A DNA stretch of 63,267 nucleotides, filler included, from Octopus bimaculoides (lineage: Eukaryota): the NCBI RefSeq assembly GCF_001194135.2. It is 4 parts of 4 records of this genome, joined end to end, with 100 filler letters (N's around TTAATTAATTAA, not from the genome) between each part and the next. Parts side by side here need not be neighbours in the genome. Positions count along the whole stretch, not along the records: positions 1 to 22,990 come from NC_068982.1; positions 23,091 to 51,166 come from NC_068984.1; 2 more parts are not named here. One strand, written 5' to 3'. This document shows positions 13,348 to 25,810 of this stretch, one piece after another; the first letter of the stretch is position 1, and each line of letters opens with the position of its first letter. A model generated the notes under the pieces. That model searched no databases and was not told the origin of the DNA. It was given only the letters and a program-made list of their open reading frames with translations. The position numbers were made by a program, and so were the translations under genes.

Positions 13348-13414
<67 letters not shown>

Positions 13415-13519
13415 CCTCTCTGAAAGAAATTGGCAGTTGTCAGACCTGGAAAATGATAGGCGCTGCTAGATTTAAAATTGTCCAAGACACGCCACATGTC
13501 ACGACAGCATAAAGCATTC

Positions 13520-14040
13520 AACTATCCTTCTCGCCTACTATTCCTGGAAGGGTCGTTGGGGTAGAGTCCTCAGGCACCTCCTCTACAGAATTCTGTCAGA
13601 AGCAACCGTCATTAGATTCTGCGACGGGATTCCTAAGCGTGACCAACTGAGAATATGGATATTATCCAGCCATCCCGTTCTTGATCTACCTTCGCTCTCC
13701 TGCCAGTTGACTAAGCCTGAAGAATCCGTTTTTCTATTATTACCTGCGACATTATAATTACATATCTGTAGTTTAGGAACTGAACCTGTCAACGCGGAGA
13801 CGTAGCGCCTCCACCTGGAAATAGTCCCTGATATCTGAACTATGCACCCTGTAAAGTAACGTCATTCCGGAGATCCCACGGGGAACCCCATTTTGGCCGC
13901 TTGCATTTGCGATTCTGCTTTTGTGGTCACTACCAAACATTCATGCCCATAGATAAAGATAGGCCCGAATACCGTCACGGAACAGTAATGGGAAAACGCT
14001 TTTCTGCCCTGTTACTTTGTGACATCTCTTTGCATCAGAG
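13520..14040 (-). mobile_element. RTE-clade LINE 3' remnant (Expander/RTE-1-like), frameshifted
   Basis: Manual minus-strand translation gives VFGPIFIYGHECLVVTTKAESQMQAAKMGF / LYRVHSSDIRDYFQVEALRLRVDR / GRSRTGWLDNI...ASDRIL, matching the RTE post-RT motifs PTLTYGHELW...IQAAEM, RVRSSDIRE and GRPRTRWLD...A.DR. Confidence 0.75.
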
Positions 14041-14333
14041 AATAAATCCTATTTTGTTAAACTTTTTCTTTAANNNNNNNNNNNNNNNNNNNNNNNNNNN
14101 NNNNNNNNNNNNNNNNNNNNNNNNNNNNNNNNNNNNNNNNNNNNNNNNNNNNNNNNNNNNNNNNNNNNNNNNNNNNNNNNNNNNNNNNNNNNNNNNNNNN
14201 NNNNNNNNNNNNNNNNNNNNNNNNNNNNNNNNNNNNNNNNNNNNNNNNNNNNNNNNNNNNNNNNNNNNNNNNNNNNNNNNNNNNNNNNNNNNNNNNNNNN
14301 NNNNNNNNNNNNNNNNNNNNNNNNNNNNNNNNN

Positions 14334-14369
<36 letters not shown>

Positions 14370-14381
14370 TATACCTCTTTA

Positions 14382-14806
14382 GGGATCCTGCTGTCCTTCA
14401 TATGGAGAACTTGCTAGTGGAAAGAGACCCTAGCAGAAACCAAGACTGCGATTTAAGGACTATGTCAAGTCCTCATTAAAGGCCTGTGATATGCAGGAGA
14501 CCGACTGGGAGAGCAATGCCTATCATCGCCACAGATGGAGGAAGCAGGTTAAGGAGGGTGTCGACACCTTTGAGAGAAAACGTATTCTGCATGAAAAATT
14601 TAAGCGTGCTGCTCGAAAGCACACTGCTGGTGTAATGAATGGGGAAAGCTTCGTTTGCAAAGTTTGCAGATGTGTATGCTTGTCAAGAGCAGGGCTCATT
14701 AGCCACCAACGGAGCCGCAAATGGAAATTATAAGTTAGTCGTAGAGCGCACAATGTTCCTAAAGGTCAGCAATGGTCTTCCTCGGTCACGAATGGACGGC
14801 CATCAT
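14382..14806 (+). mobile_element. RTE-clade LINE 3' end (second family)
   Basis: YGELASGKRP*QKPRLRFKDYVKSSLKACDM...WRKQVKEG...FVCKVCRCVCLSRAGLISHQRS, the RTE C-terminal Cys/His motif; in-frame TAG at 14431; short 3' UTR running into a microsatellite. Confidence 0.88.
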
Positions 14807-14816
14807 ATACATACAA

Positions 14817-14854
<38 letters not shown>

Positions 14855-14925
14855 GTATGCACACATTATATACATATACATATATATATATATACATTAT
14901 ATATTTATATGTATGTACACGTATG

Positions 14926-14957
<32 letters not shown>

Positions 14958-16261
14958 CATACACATATATATGTACATATATANNNNNNNNNNNNNNNNN
15001 NNNNNNNNNNNNNNNNNNNNNNNNNNNNNNNNNNNNNNNNNNNNNNNNNNNNNNNNNNNNNNNNNNNNNNNNNNNNNNNNNNNNNNNNNNNNNNNNNNNN
15101 NNNNNNNNNNNNNNNNNNNNNNNNNNNNNNNNNNNNNNNNNNNNNNNNNNNNNNNNNNNNNNNNNNNNNNNNNNNNNNNNNNNNNNNNNNNNNNNNNNNN
15201 NNNNNNNNNNNNNNNNNNNNNNNNNNNNNNNNNNNNNNNNNNNNNNNNNNNNNNNNNNNNNNNNNNNNNNNNNNNNNNNNNNNNNNNNNNNNNNNNNNNN
15301 NNNNNNNNNNNNNNNNNNNNNNNNNNNNNNNNNNNNNNNNNNNNNNNNNNNNNNNNNNNNNNNNNNNNNNNNNNNNNNNNNNNNNNNNNNNNNNNNNNNN
15401 NNNNNNNNNNNNNNNNNNNNNNNNNNNNNNNNNNNNNNNNNNNNNNNNNNNNNNNNNNNNNNNNNNNNNNNNNNNNNNNNNNNNNNNNNNNNNNNNNNNN
15501 NNNNNNNNNNNNNNNNNNNNNNNNNNNNNNNNNNNNNNNNNNNNNNNNNNNNNNNNNNNNNNNNNNNNNNNNNNNNNNNNNNNNNNNNNNNNNNNNNNNN
15601 NNNNNNNNNNNNNNNNNNNNNNNNNNNNNNNNNNNNNNNNNNNNNNNNNNNNNNNNNNNNNNNNNNNNNNNNNNNNNNNNNNNNNNNNNNNNNNNNNNNN
15701 NNNNNNNNNNNNNNNNNNNNNNNNNNNNNNNNNNNNNNNNNNNNNNNNNNNNNNNNNNNNNNNNNNNNNNNNNNNNNNNNNNNNNNNNNNNNNNNNNNNN
15801 NNNNNNNNNNNNNNTATGTATGTATGTATGTATGTATGTATGTATGTATGTATGTATGTATATAATTTACTTTACAATAAATGCACTTAAATCAGTTGAT
15901 ATACAATCCTTGTATTTGCAGAGCACTTAATTATAATCAATTAACTAATTATTGATTAATTTATTAATTATTAAGGTGAATTGTTGGGTCTCCTTTTTGA
16001 ATAATCATGTTAGCCATATATTTGTATGAAGTGCTACCAGGTTGATAACCTTATTTGGAAGGATCACTGCTCTGTGTGTGTGGGTGTGCGATGAGGGTGA
16101 TGGAAATGATGACAATAGAATCAATCTCTCGTTCAAGACGACGTATGAGTGCTTAGTTTTTGCCGAACGAGCTGCACAAATTATTTATTTAAAGCGATCA
16201 AATCTTCTACATTAGCTCATTCCTTGCGTAAATTAGACGTCGTCTGAACAGTTGAACGGTG

Positions 16262-16400
16262 TACACCTGTCAGGTGTCAAAGTCAATGCAGGGCAACATG
16301 AGATGAAGCTTTTTAGCTAAAGAACACAACGCATCAGCCGGTCCAGGAATTGTAACCAAATCTCACGATCATGAATGCGGCGAATTAATCACTAGGCCAT
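16262..16400 (-). mobile_element. SINE family C fragment
   Basis: Reverse complement reads tggcctagtgatt...ggttacaattcctggaccggctgatgcgttgtgttctttagc. Confidence 0.55.
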
Positions 16401-19097
16401 ATATATATATATATATATACATGTGTGCGTGTGTGTGTGTGTGTGCGTGTGTGTGTGCGCGCGCTCGTGTGTGAGTGTGTACGTATAATGAAGGAAAAGT
16501 TCCATAAGTTGCTCGTCTGTTTTCCTATGTGTTCATTCTGTTCTCCATAAAAAAGTCCGTTTTTTGTGCTTTGTTTATGTTCCCGTTCCTTTTTTGACGT
16601 CCTGTACCCTGATATGCATCTATATATACATGTAGATGTAGGTATGTACATATATGTATGTATACATGCATATGCTCATATATCATTTGTATTATTATAG
16701 ACAGATAGGTCGATAGATAAACTGACAGATATATATTCATGTATACCTAAAATATATATATACAGATATATATTCATGTATACCATAAATACACATATAC
16801 ACACACCGTATCATCTTTCCTTCACTCACATATCCCCTTACCTCTCTCTTTACATCTCTTTCTGCCACTCTTTCAATTCCATATGCATTTGCATTTCACT
16901 TCAACCGAATATGTGTGTGTGCGCGCGCGCGTTTTTAAGCAGTAAATATATGGGAGTGATTGAATAAATGAACAGAGTTAGCTTCTAATCCACAACCTAC
17001 AGAAAGGAAATATACGTGATCTTGTGTGCGAACGCGCGTATGTCTGTGTTCGTGTACATGAGCGTACATATCTAAATATATATATTTTTTGTATATAAAA
17101 ATAGCTATACATACTTGCACGCATAAACATATATATGTGTGTGTGTATTTGTACATGTATGTATCTGTGTTCATGTGTTCACGTGCGCACGTTAGTGTGT
17201 GTGTGTGTGTGTGTGTGTTTGTGTGTGTACGTAGCATATATGCTTATATTTTCTTCATTTTACGCTGTACTGAGATGAACTGCAAAAAATTAAATGCGGC
17301 TTAAACTTTTTTTCCACTCAGTTCATTTCAGTACCCATGTGCATGTAAGCTGCACGCACACAATGCATAGATATATAATACATATATACAAGCATGCAAA
17401 CATAAAATACATACATACATACATACATACATATANNNNNNNNNNNNNNNNNNNNNNNNNNNNNNNNNNNNNNNNNNNNNNNNNNNNNNNNNNNNNNNNN
17501 NNNNNNNNNNNNNNNNNNNNNNNNNNNNNNNNNNNNNNNNNNNNNNNNNNNNNNNNNNNNNNNNNNNNNNNNNNNNNNNNNNNNNNNNNNNNNNNNNNNN
17601 NNNNNNNNNNNNNNNNNNNNNNNNNNNNNNNNNNNNNNNNNNNNNNNNNNNNNNNNNNNNNNNNNNNNNNNNNNNNNNNNNNNNNNNNNNNNNNNNNNNN
17701 NNNNNNNNNNNNNNNNNNNNNNNNNNNNNNNNNNNNNNNNNNNNNNNNNNNNNNNNNNNNNNNNNNNNNNNNNNNNNNNNNNNNNNNNNNNNNNNNNNNN
17801 NNNNNNNNNNNNNNNNNNNNNNNNNNNNNNNNNNNNNNNNNNNNNNNNNNNNNNNNNNNNNNNNNNNNNNNNNNNNNNNNNNNNNNNNNNNNNNNNNNNN
17901 NNNNNNNNNNNNNNNNNNNNNNNNNNNNNNNNNNNNNNNNNNNNNNNNNNNNNNNNNNNNNNNNNNNNNNNNNNNNNNNNNNNNNNNNNNNNNNNNNNNN
18001 NNNNNNNNNNNNNNNNNNNNNNNNNNNNNNNNNNNNNNNNNNNNNNNNNNNNNNNNNNNNNNNNNNNNNNNNNNNNNNNNNNNNNNNNNNNNNNNNNNNN
18101 NNNNNNNNNNNNNNNNNNNNNNNNNNNNNNNNNNNNNNNNNNNNNNNNNNNNNNNNNNNNNNNNNNNNNNNNNNNNNNNNNNNNNNNNNNNNNNNNNNNN
18201 NNNNNNNNNNNNNNNNNNNNNNNNNNNNNNNNNNNNNNNNNNNNNNNNNNNNNNNNNNNNNNNNNNNNNNNNNNNNNNNNNNNNNNNNNNNNNNNNNNNN
18301 NNNNNNNNNNNNNNNNNNNNNNNCCTATTTTGTCATCGTCTTGAATAACCGATTCGCAAAAACAAGATTTTTGTCTTTTTGTCTTTTACGCACAGTTTCT
18401 TTACCATATTTTCTTTATTCTTGAAGCTTAATGGCTTCGAAAACACACACAAAAAAAGAAACAATGAAAAGAAAAAGAACAATATACCTCTTACAAGCAG
18501 CGTTTTGCGTGATCTGACCAATTCACCTGTTTAAAAGACGGTTAGTATTAAACGGGTATTAACGGAAATTATGAAAAAGGTAAAAGCTAAAACCAAAAGG
18601 AAAGCTTGTGTAAGAGAACAATGTTAGTCTAATGAGACTTTTTTTTTTTTTTGTTATGGAGTGATTTGAAATGAACGGACGCTCGACTAGTGATGGAAAC
18701 AAAAGTAATAAAAATTATATAAACAAGGTGTAAAGAAGAAAACAATGACAGCATGAAGCAAAACGATGACAACAAAGCAAAAAGGACGACAGAATCAAAA
18801 ACACAGGGTAAGTTATGAAATAATAATAATAATGTAAGAGATTATTGAATAGCCAGTTTACCTCAGATATTTATTGATTTATTCGTTTTTTTGTGTGTGA
18901 TAGTTATGGAAGATCTTGTAAACAAATTTTTGAGAGCAATAACCCTTCTGTTCACAAGCGATTTTACAAAATTGAAGAACATTTTGAAACTAATCTTTCA
19001 AATATTTTCCGACATTGTCAGGTATTCATTCATTGTCACTCATTTATAGTAATTTGCTGTGATTCGTTCACAAACGAATACCCGGATATCCTTTGGC

Positions 19098-19098
<1 letters not shown>

Positions 19099-19171
<73 letters not shown>

Positions 19172-19200
19172 GTCTATCTATCTATCTTGCTATCTGTCTA
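19099..19200. repeat. (TATC)n microsatellite
   Basis: Direct reading. Confidence 0.95.
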
Positions 19201-20347
19201 TTTATGTGTGTGTATAAATATATATGAAATCTTGTATCCCAGCCGTAAGGCTTTATTTCCACACACGCCAGTTTAGTTTAATTCGTCATTAGTCGAAAGA
19301 CACCTGTTGTTATGTGCTGTTATTATTTTCATTGTATTTGTGTAACATTGTTCGTCTTTTGCGTCTTTGTATGTATGTATGTATGTATGTTTCCGTCTAT
19401 CAAATTCATTCAAAATGCTTCGGTCGGNNNNNNNNNNNNNNNNNNNNNNNNNNNNNNNNNNNNNNNNNNNNNNNNNNNNNNNNNNNNNNNNNNNNNNNNN
19501 NNNNNNNNNNNNNNNNNNNNNNNNNNNNNNNNNNNNNNNNNNNNNNNNNNNNNNNNNNNNNNNNNNNNNNNNNNNNNNNNNNNNNNNNNNNNNNNNNNNN
19601 NNNNNNNNNNNNNNNNNNNNNNNNNNNNNNNNNNNNNNNNNNNNNNNNNNNNNNNNNNNNNNNNNNNNNNNNNNNNNNNNNNNNNNNNNNNNNNNNNNNN
19701 NNNNNNNNNNNNNNNNNNNNNNNNNNNNNNNNNNNNNNNNNNNNNNNNNNNNNNNNNNNNNNNNNNNNNNNNNNNNNNNNNNNNNNNNNNNNNNNNNNNN
19801 NNNNNNNNNNNNNNATATATATAAATATTAAATATATATCTATGAATGTATGTGTGTATGTATATACGTTTGTGTGTGTGTGTGTGAAACACGTGTATGT
19901 GTACATGTGTGTGTGTGTGTGTGTGTGTGTATAAGTATATATGTATCAATATAATACTGGGTATAAATTTGCTCAGTAAAGAGTACTCGATTACCAAAAG
20001 ATGAGTTAAATACTTCTTTATGATGTACTTGTGGAATATAGAATGTTACTCAAATTTCATGCATGTCTGGTGGATGAATCTCTCTGGAACTTAAAAAAGA
20101 CACATGGTATTGGATAATTTATTTCGTAAGGACACCTGTGTGTTTGCAGCGCTCCAAGACATTAATCTGACTGTGTTACATGAAACTTGAGTATCTATCA
20201 TTCGGTGCTTCATAAGTACTTTAAAAAAACGCACAAAGAGAAAGAGAGATAGTGAGTAGTGAATGAGTGAGTGAGTGAGTGAGTGAGTGAGTGAGTGAGT
20301 GAGTGAATGAGATAGAGAGAGAGAGAGTAGGAGGGAAAGAGATATGA

Positions 20348-20402
<55 letters not shown>

Positions 20403-20418
20403 CATAGACATACATACA

Positions 20419-20795
20419 TTGTTGTTGTTGGCACTCCGTCGCTTACGACATCGAGGGTTCCAGTTGATCCGATCAACGGAACAGCCTGCTCGTGAAATTA
20501 ACGTGCAAGTGGCTGACCACTCCACAGACACGTGTACCCTTAACGTAGTTCTCGGGGATATTCAGCGTGACACAGTGTGACAAGGCTGACCCTTTGAATT
20601 ACAGGCACAACAGAAACAGGAAGAAAGTTGTGGTGAAAGAGTACAGCAGGGTTCGCCACCATCCCTTGCCGGAGCCTCGTGGAGCTTTAGGTGTTTTCGC
20701 TCAATAAACACTCACAACGCCCGGTCTGGGAATCGAAACCGCGATCCTATGACCGCGAGTCCGCTGCCCTAACCACTGGGCCATTGCGCCTCCAC
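20419..20795 (-). mobile_element. tRNA-derived SINE family B, full length, young
   Basis: Reverse complement: gtggaggcgcaatggcccagtggttagggcagcggactcgcggtcataggatcgcggtttcgattccc...gtgccaacaacaac; highly similar to 48663-49050; inserted in a (CATA)n array. Confidence 0.93.
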
Positions 20796-21052
20796 TCATA
20801 CATACATACATACACGTGTACGAAAGCGCAGCTTACAACGATGAATCTGTGTAGCTCACGTCCAGTTTGCATTCTCACCATCAAAATTGTACTCTCTACC
20901 ACCTGGCCTTGCCACGCTTTGAACAAGATGCTGCAGTCATTTAGATAACCCCAGTACCCCACCAAAAGATCACTTATTGTCAAGGCCGAATAATCGGAAA
21001 ATATTCACTCATCAATATACGATACATTTAAACTAAACCACAGCTACATTGG

Positions 21053-21104
21053 CTGCCCGTTTTATCTGCCCGTTTTATCTGCCCGTTTTATCTGCCCGTT
21101 TTAT
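21053..21104. repeat. 13-bp tandem repeat (ctgcccgttttat) x4
   Basis: Four perfect units starting at 21053, 21066, 21079 and 21092. Confidence 0.95.
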
Positions 21105-21427
21105 CCATCACAACTTAATAGCTGCTTCACTGATCAAGCAGGCTGCTCACAGCCTGTACCCATACACAAGTTTTCGTTCTTCATTGTCTGTATTGTGTGA
21201 CTTCCCACCGGACATCCTATATTAAATACCTTTGTTCAGTCCTTCTGTTGCCCCAGAATTGCAACCCTCTTGAGCTCATTCACTACCTACTCTATTATTG
21301 CTTCTGTGGATGTAATTGTCGTTGCTGTTTAACTGTAGGTAGGTCTTTATCAGAATCACTTATGATTAAATTCGTTTCAGAGTTACCACTTCGTTCTATT
21401 TTCCGGCATAATATATCTAAATCTAGT

Positions 21428-21660
21428 GAAGGTGCGTGACCCAATGGTTAGGGTTCTGCACTCACAATCTCTTGATCATGATTTCGATTCCTGGACCGGG
21501 TGGTGTGTTGTATTCTTGAACAAAACACTTTATTTGGCGTTGCTCTGTGATCACTTCAACATCTGATGTGCGTCACATCGTGCTTCTACACATGTACGAG
21601 AGCAAGATGAAGAGAGTGAACTCATGTGCAACACAAACATTTGATCACCATAATCAAATT
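21428..21660 (+). mobile_element. SINE family C-type
   Basis: gaaggtgcgtgacccaatggttaggg (A box)...atttcgattcctggaccggg (B box)...tgtattcttgaacaaaacactttattt. Confidence 0.7.
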
Positions 21661-21965
21661 ACACTATGTAACACGATTTTTGTCCTTGAGCAGCAACTGT
21701 TATTTCCTATTTCCTTACTCCTAGAAAGTATGAAAGATGTCAAATATTTCCGTTAAACTTTAGTTTTGTCACGATGTTTATTCGAACCTCAAAGAATCCC
21801 TCTCAACACATGATTATGATAATCCCCCGCTGCTCCTGCTCATGATCAGTGATGCACATATTGTCAGCCACTAAGGGACATGCTCATGAGGTTATGGTCA
21901 AACAATTGAGAAGCAAATTTGTGGCATTGAGCAGAATATTTGCTATAACGATATTTCTGCTCCAA

Positions 21966-22187
21966 GGGCGGCGAGCTGGCAGAATCGTTAGCACGCCGGG
22001 TAAAATGCTTAGCGGTATTTCTTCTGCCGTTACGTTCTGAGTTCAAACTCCGCCGAGGTCGACTTTGCCTGTCATCCTTTCGGGGTCGATTAAATAAGTA
22101 CCAGTTACGCACTCGGGTCGGTGTAATCGACTTAAACCCTTTGTTTGTCCCCTCTATGTTTAGCCCCCTGTGGGCAATAAAGAATTA
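21966..22187 (+). mobile_element. SINE family A, variant with tail agccccctgtgggcaataaagaa
   Basis: Head ggcggcgagctggcagaatcgttagc, B box gagttcaaactcc; the tail differs from other A copies in the window. Confidence 0.9.
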
Positions 22188-22947
22188 GGTATTTCTGCTT
22201 CAACTACTCTGCGCTGAATTTGTCTGAAATGTAATGGAAAATAGATAAGTTTCAAAACGTTGATGTCCAGGTAACAAAAGCAAAGATTGAAGGGAATAGT
22301 AGTCATTTATATTGATTTCTAGATAGAAGCAAATAGGAAATAACACTTACAGACCAAAGAGAAAAGAAAATTATTACATTTTGTTACACAGTGTTGTATG
22401 TGCAGATGGTTCAGGCTACAAACAAATAGCTAAAACTACATAGCTTAATGCGTCCAGCCGTTTATAACACGAAATATTTGAGGTAGGTTTTGCTGGTATT
22501 TCTAACAGATCGAGCTGCTTTCATTGTTTCTGTTTTATCTACAGACATCAATTTACATGCGTCCTAGAATGTCATCGACCTACTCAATCTAGAAGAGGTT
22601 CAAATTATCATAAGTAGCTGCCCTCCTCCACGTTCTAAGTAGTAAAAAAATAAGTTGTTCATTGAAGAAGCCATTCTAATCAAGTACTTGAAACTACAAA
22701 ACAACCGTGAGAAGATTCTACGCTATCAGAAATGTAGCTACTAATCATAATATCAAACTCCACTCATTCTGTTATACTGCGTACTTCTGCGTAATTTGTA
22801 AAGTTCTTTTAATGTTGTTTACAGTTAATGTTATAATTTAAATTTTAATAGCAGAAATATCGAATAGTTAAAAAAGATATTTTTTTATTATAATCGTTAT
22901 ATCTTTTAGGACCATTCATTTTATTTATACAGGTGTGTGAATGTAAT

Positions 22948-22990
<43 letters not shown>

Positions 22991-23090
22991 NNNNNNNNNN
23001 NNNNNNNNNNNNNNNNNNNNNNNNNNNNNNNNNNTTAATTAATTAANNNNNNNNNNNNNNNNNNNNNNNNNNNNNNNNNNNNNNNNNNNN
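22991..23090. other. Artificial scaffold linker N44-TTAATTAATTAA-N44
   Basis: Exactly 100 bp; palindromic six-frame-stop core; same structure at 51167 and 61416. Confidence 0.93.
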
Positions 23091-23164
23091 ATATATACAC
23101 ATACACATACACACACACATACACACACACACATACACACACACACACATACACACACACGTAT

Positions 23165-23250
23165 ATGAAATTTAGAATTTCGTTCACGGACCCCCAATAC
23201 TACCTTTGCTAGCCAGCAGGGGTCCGCGGCCAACAGGTTGGGAACCACTG
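23165..23250. mobile_element. hAT-type MITE end
   Basis: Ends ggggtccgcggccaacaggttgggaaccactg followed by atatagag; same TIR type as 42435-42673 and 59640-59894. Confidence 0.6.
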
Positions 23251-23558
23251 ATATAGAGCATGTTCTTTGTGACCGAATAGTTATATACTACAGATCAAGG
23301 AAATAAGGTCACCCGAAGCCCCCTATTTATATTCTCACCACTAAAGATAACATCTCGGAAAGTGTAGGAGGACACCTAGGAGACAAGATCCGGATCAGCT
23401 TGACACCTCCTGAGTGTCATGGAACCAACGGGCGGAAACGGAAACTTGCTTGACGGGAACTCTTTCTGTGGAGATTTCTCCTGTTGTCCGTTCAACTGTG
23501 GCGAGTTTCCACTTACTTGTGTTAGCGAGCGCAGACTTGTGTGTGGTAACGAAATTAA

Positions 23559-23823
23559 CACTCCGTCGGTTACGACGACGATCAGTTGATCTGATCAATG
23601 GAACAGCCTGCTCGTGAAATTAACGTGTAAGTGGTTGAGCACTCCACAAACATGCGGGAAATTCAGCGTGACACAGAATGCGAGAAAGCTGGCCCTTTGA
23701 AGTACAGGTAATAAGCATTTTTGCCAGCGGAATGTACTGGAGCAATGTGAAATTCAAGTGTCTTGTCCAAGGACAAAATGTGCTGCAGGGTATCGAACTC
23801 ATGACCTAACAACATAGCCACAC
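23559..23823 (-). mobile_element. Degenerate SINE B 3' part joined to a SINE C head fragment
   Basis: 23559-23710 aligns to the family B tail; 23711-23823 resembles gagcaatgtgaaat...tcttgtccaagga...atcgaactcatgacc of family C. Confidence 0.6.
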
Positions 23824-23836
23824 ACCTTCGTGGTAA

Positions 23837-24216
23837 TTGTTGTTGGCATTCCGTCAGTTACGACGATGAGTGTTCCATTTGGTCCGATCAACGGAACAGC
23901 CTGCTCGTGAAATTAACGTGCAAGTGGCTGAGCACTCCACAGACACGTGTACCCTTAACGTAGTTCTCGGGGAGATTCAGAGTGTGACAAGGCTGGCCCC
24001 CTTTGAAATACAGGTACAACAGAAACAGGAAAAAAGAGTGAGCGAAAGTTTTGGTGAAATAGTACAACAAAGTTCGCCACTATCCCCTACCGCAGCCTCG
24101 TGGAACTTTATGTGTTTTTGCTCAATAAACACTCACAACGACCGGTTTGGGAATCGAAACCGCGATCCTACGACTGCGAGTCCGCTGCCCTAACCAATGG
24201 GCCATTGCGCCTCCAC
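23837..24216 (-). mobile_element. SINE family B, full length, with ~10-bp TSD
   Basis: Homologous to 20419-20795; flanks tggtaattgt (23831-23840, overlapping the tail) and tggtaactgt (24217-24226). Confidence 0.9.
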
Positions 24217-24989
24217 TGGTAACTGTAGTTAATATAGACATACAGCAATGTACCGAGGAGCGATTGGTCCTTTTTACTGTATCGACCATAAACTTATAGT
24301 AACGTTATGAGAACAGCTTATTTAGCTCATTTAACTGAAATTACCATTTGAAATATTTAGGGGCCCAAATTTACGAATGCATTTTGCTGTTGTGACATTT
24401 TCCCCTGCTGCCGATGTTGATGTCGGTTCCGGGCCTGTTAAAAGCTGCGCTGTCCCTTCACCAAGATACTTTTAATATATTACTCAAAGACTGCTTATTG
24501 AATATCCCACTCCACCAAAGATCTTTCAGAGAAATAGATAATGTTGTACAACCTGATGGGTTTAGTTCATTACAATGTAATTCCACCCCCACCGCGCCCC
24601 AAGATTTTAAAAGCAAATTTATTTATTTATTTATTCTTTTATTCTTTAAACCGTTTTTGTAAAACTGACAAATTTTCTATTAAGTTGTAGTCGTGAGTGC
24701 CAACACAGGATCCAGTCCTTGGTGCGATGTAGGGGGCGTGTATGCCTCAATGGTTCTGAGAGCTGTGCCATCGAAGTGCAAGCACCTGGTAGAATCTTCC
24801 ATGCTGCAAAGGTCAAAGGATATAGGCTAAAGGTCAAAGTATAAAGGGCAAAGTAACATGGACCACCTCCTCCTAGAGATAAAAATGTGTGTACGTGGGG
24901 GCCAAGACTCCTACCTAGAACAAAAGAAGCAAAGTTACAGAAGAATCGATGACAATTCAAAGCGAATGAGAGCCGGGAGAGGAAGTAGT

Positions 24990-25260
24990 TACTTTAGGGA
25001 AACATGGTGCCAGGTGGGAAAATCAGAAAGGAAGCCAACAGCCTACCAATACACGTCAGGCTCTGATCTGGAACCAACAAGGGAGGTGGAAAAGAGGATG
25101 CTCTAAATGGATGCTGATGGCGGGATTATGTGACAGAGCTGAGACAGAGCTGAACAGCGGGTATCTAAGGGCAAAGAAGTAGAAAGCTGTCTCAGAGTCG
25201 AGAAGAGTGGAGAAAAGCCGTGAAGGGTCTATGTTCCATAAGAAGCGAAGGGTTTAAATA
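24990..25260 (+). mobile_element. Old RTE-clade LINE 3' remnant
   Basis: Frameshifted translation EANSLPIHV / WNQQGRWKRG / KLSQSREEWRKAVKGLCSIRSEGFK* resembles the RTE C-terminus (WTPQGKRKRGRP...AQDR..WR..V.ALC). Confidence 0.6.
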
Positions 25261-25562
25261 GGAATTGGTAGGAAGTGAGTTAGACAACTGGAGACGACAT
25301 AGATTCCAACTGTAGCGTTGTTTTACAAGAAAAACCAAAAGCAACGTCCAGACACCATTCTCTGGGGACGACAGAATTTACTATTCATCACAATCTTTAC
25401 CAATTATGATTATAATAATTGTAATTAGACAATGAGAATGTGTGTGCATGTGTGTGTATGTCGTGCGCATGTGTGTGTATGTTGTGTGTGTATGTTGTGT
25501 GTGTGTATTCTCTAATATACATTATTCCATCTCGGTTCGTTTCCTGCTTATACTTGCCAATA

Positions 25563-25810
25563 TATGGTAGTGGTGGTTTTGGCGGCGGTGGTGGTGGTGG
25601 TGGTGGTAGTAATGAGGATGATGATGATGCTGGTGGTGGTGGTGGTGGTGGTGGTGGTGGTGGTGATAATCACGATGATGACAATAATAATGATGACGAT
25701 GATACTGCTGGTGTTGTTGTTACTCCTAATATGCATTAAGCATGCAGATCTATAGATGACAACAACAACAACAATAACAACATCAACAACAACAACAACA
25801 ACAACGACGA
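25563..25810. repeat. (GGT)n/(GAT)n/(CAA)n low-complexity block
   Basis: Direct reading. Confidence 0.9.

Noticed and set aside
20830-21350. Faint RTE-like peptide (VVESTIL...) on the minus strand
   Set aside because: Similarity too weak to call without a profile search.
23035-23046. Recurrent palindrome TTAATTAATTAA as a biological motif
   Set aside because: Always centred in exactly 44+44 Ns; an assembly linker.
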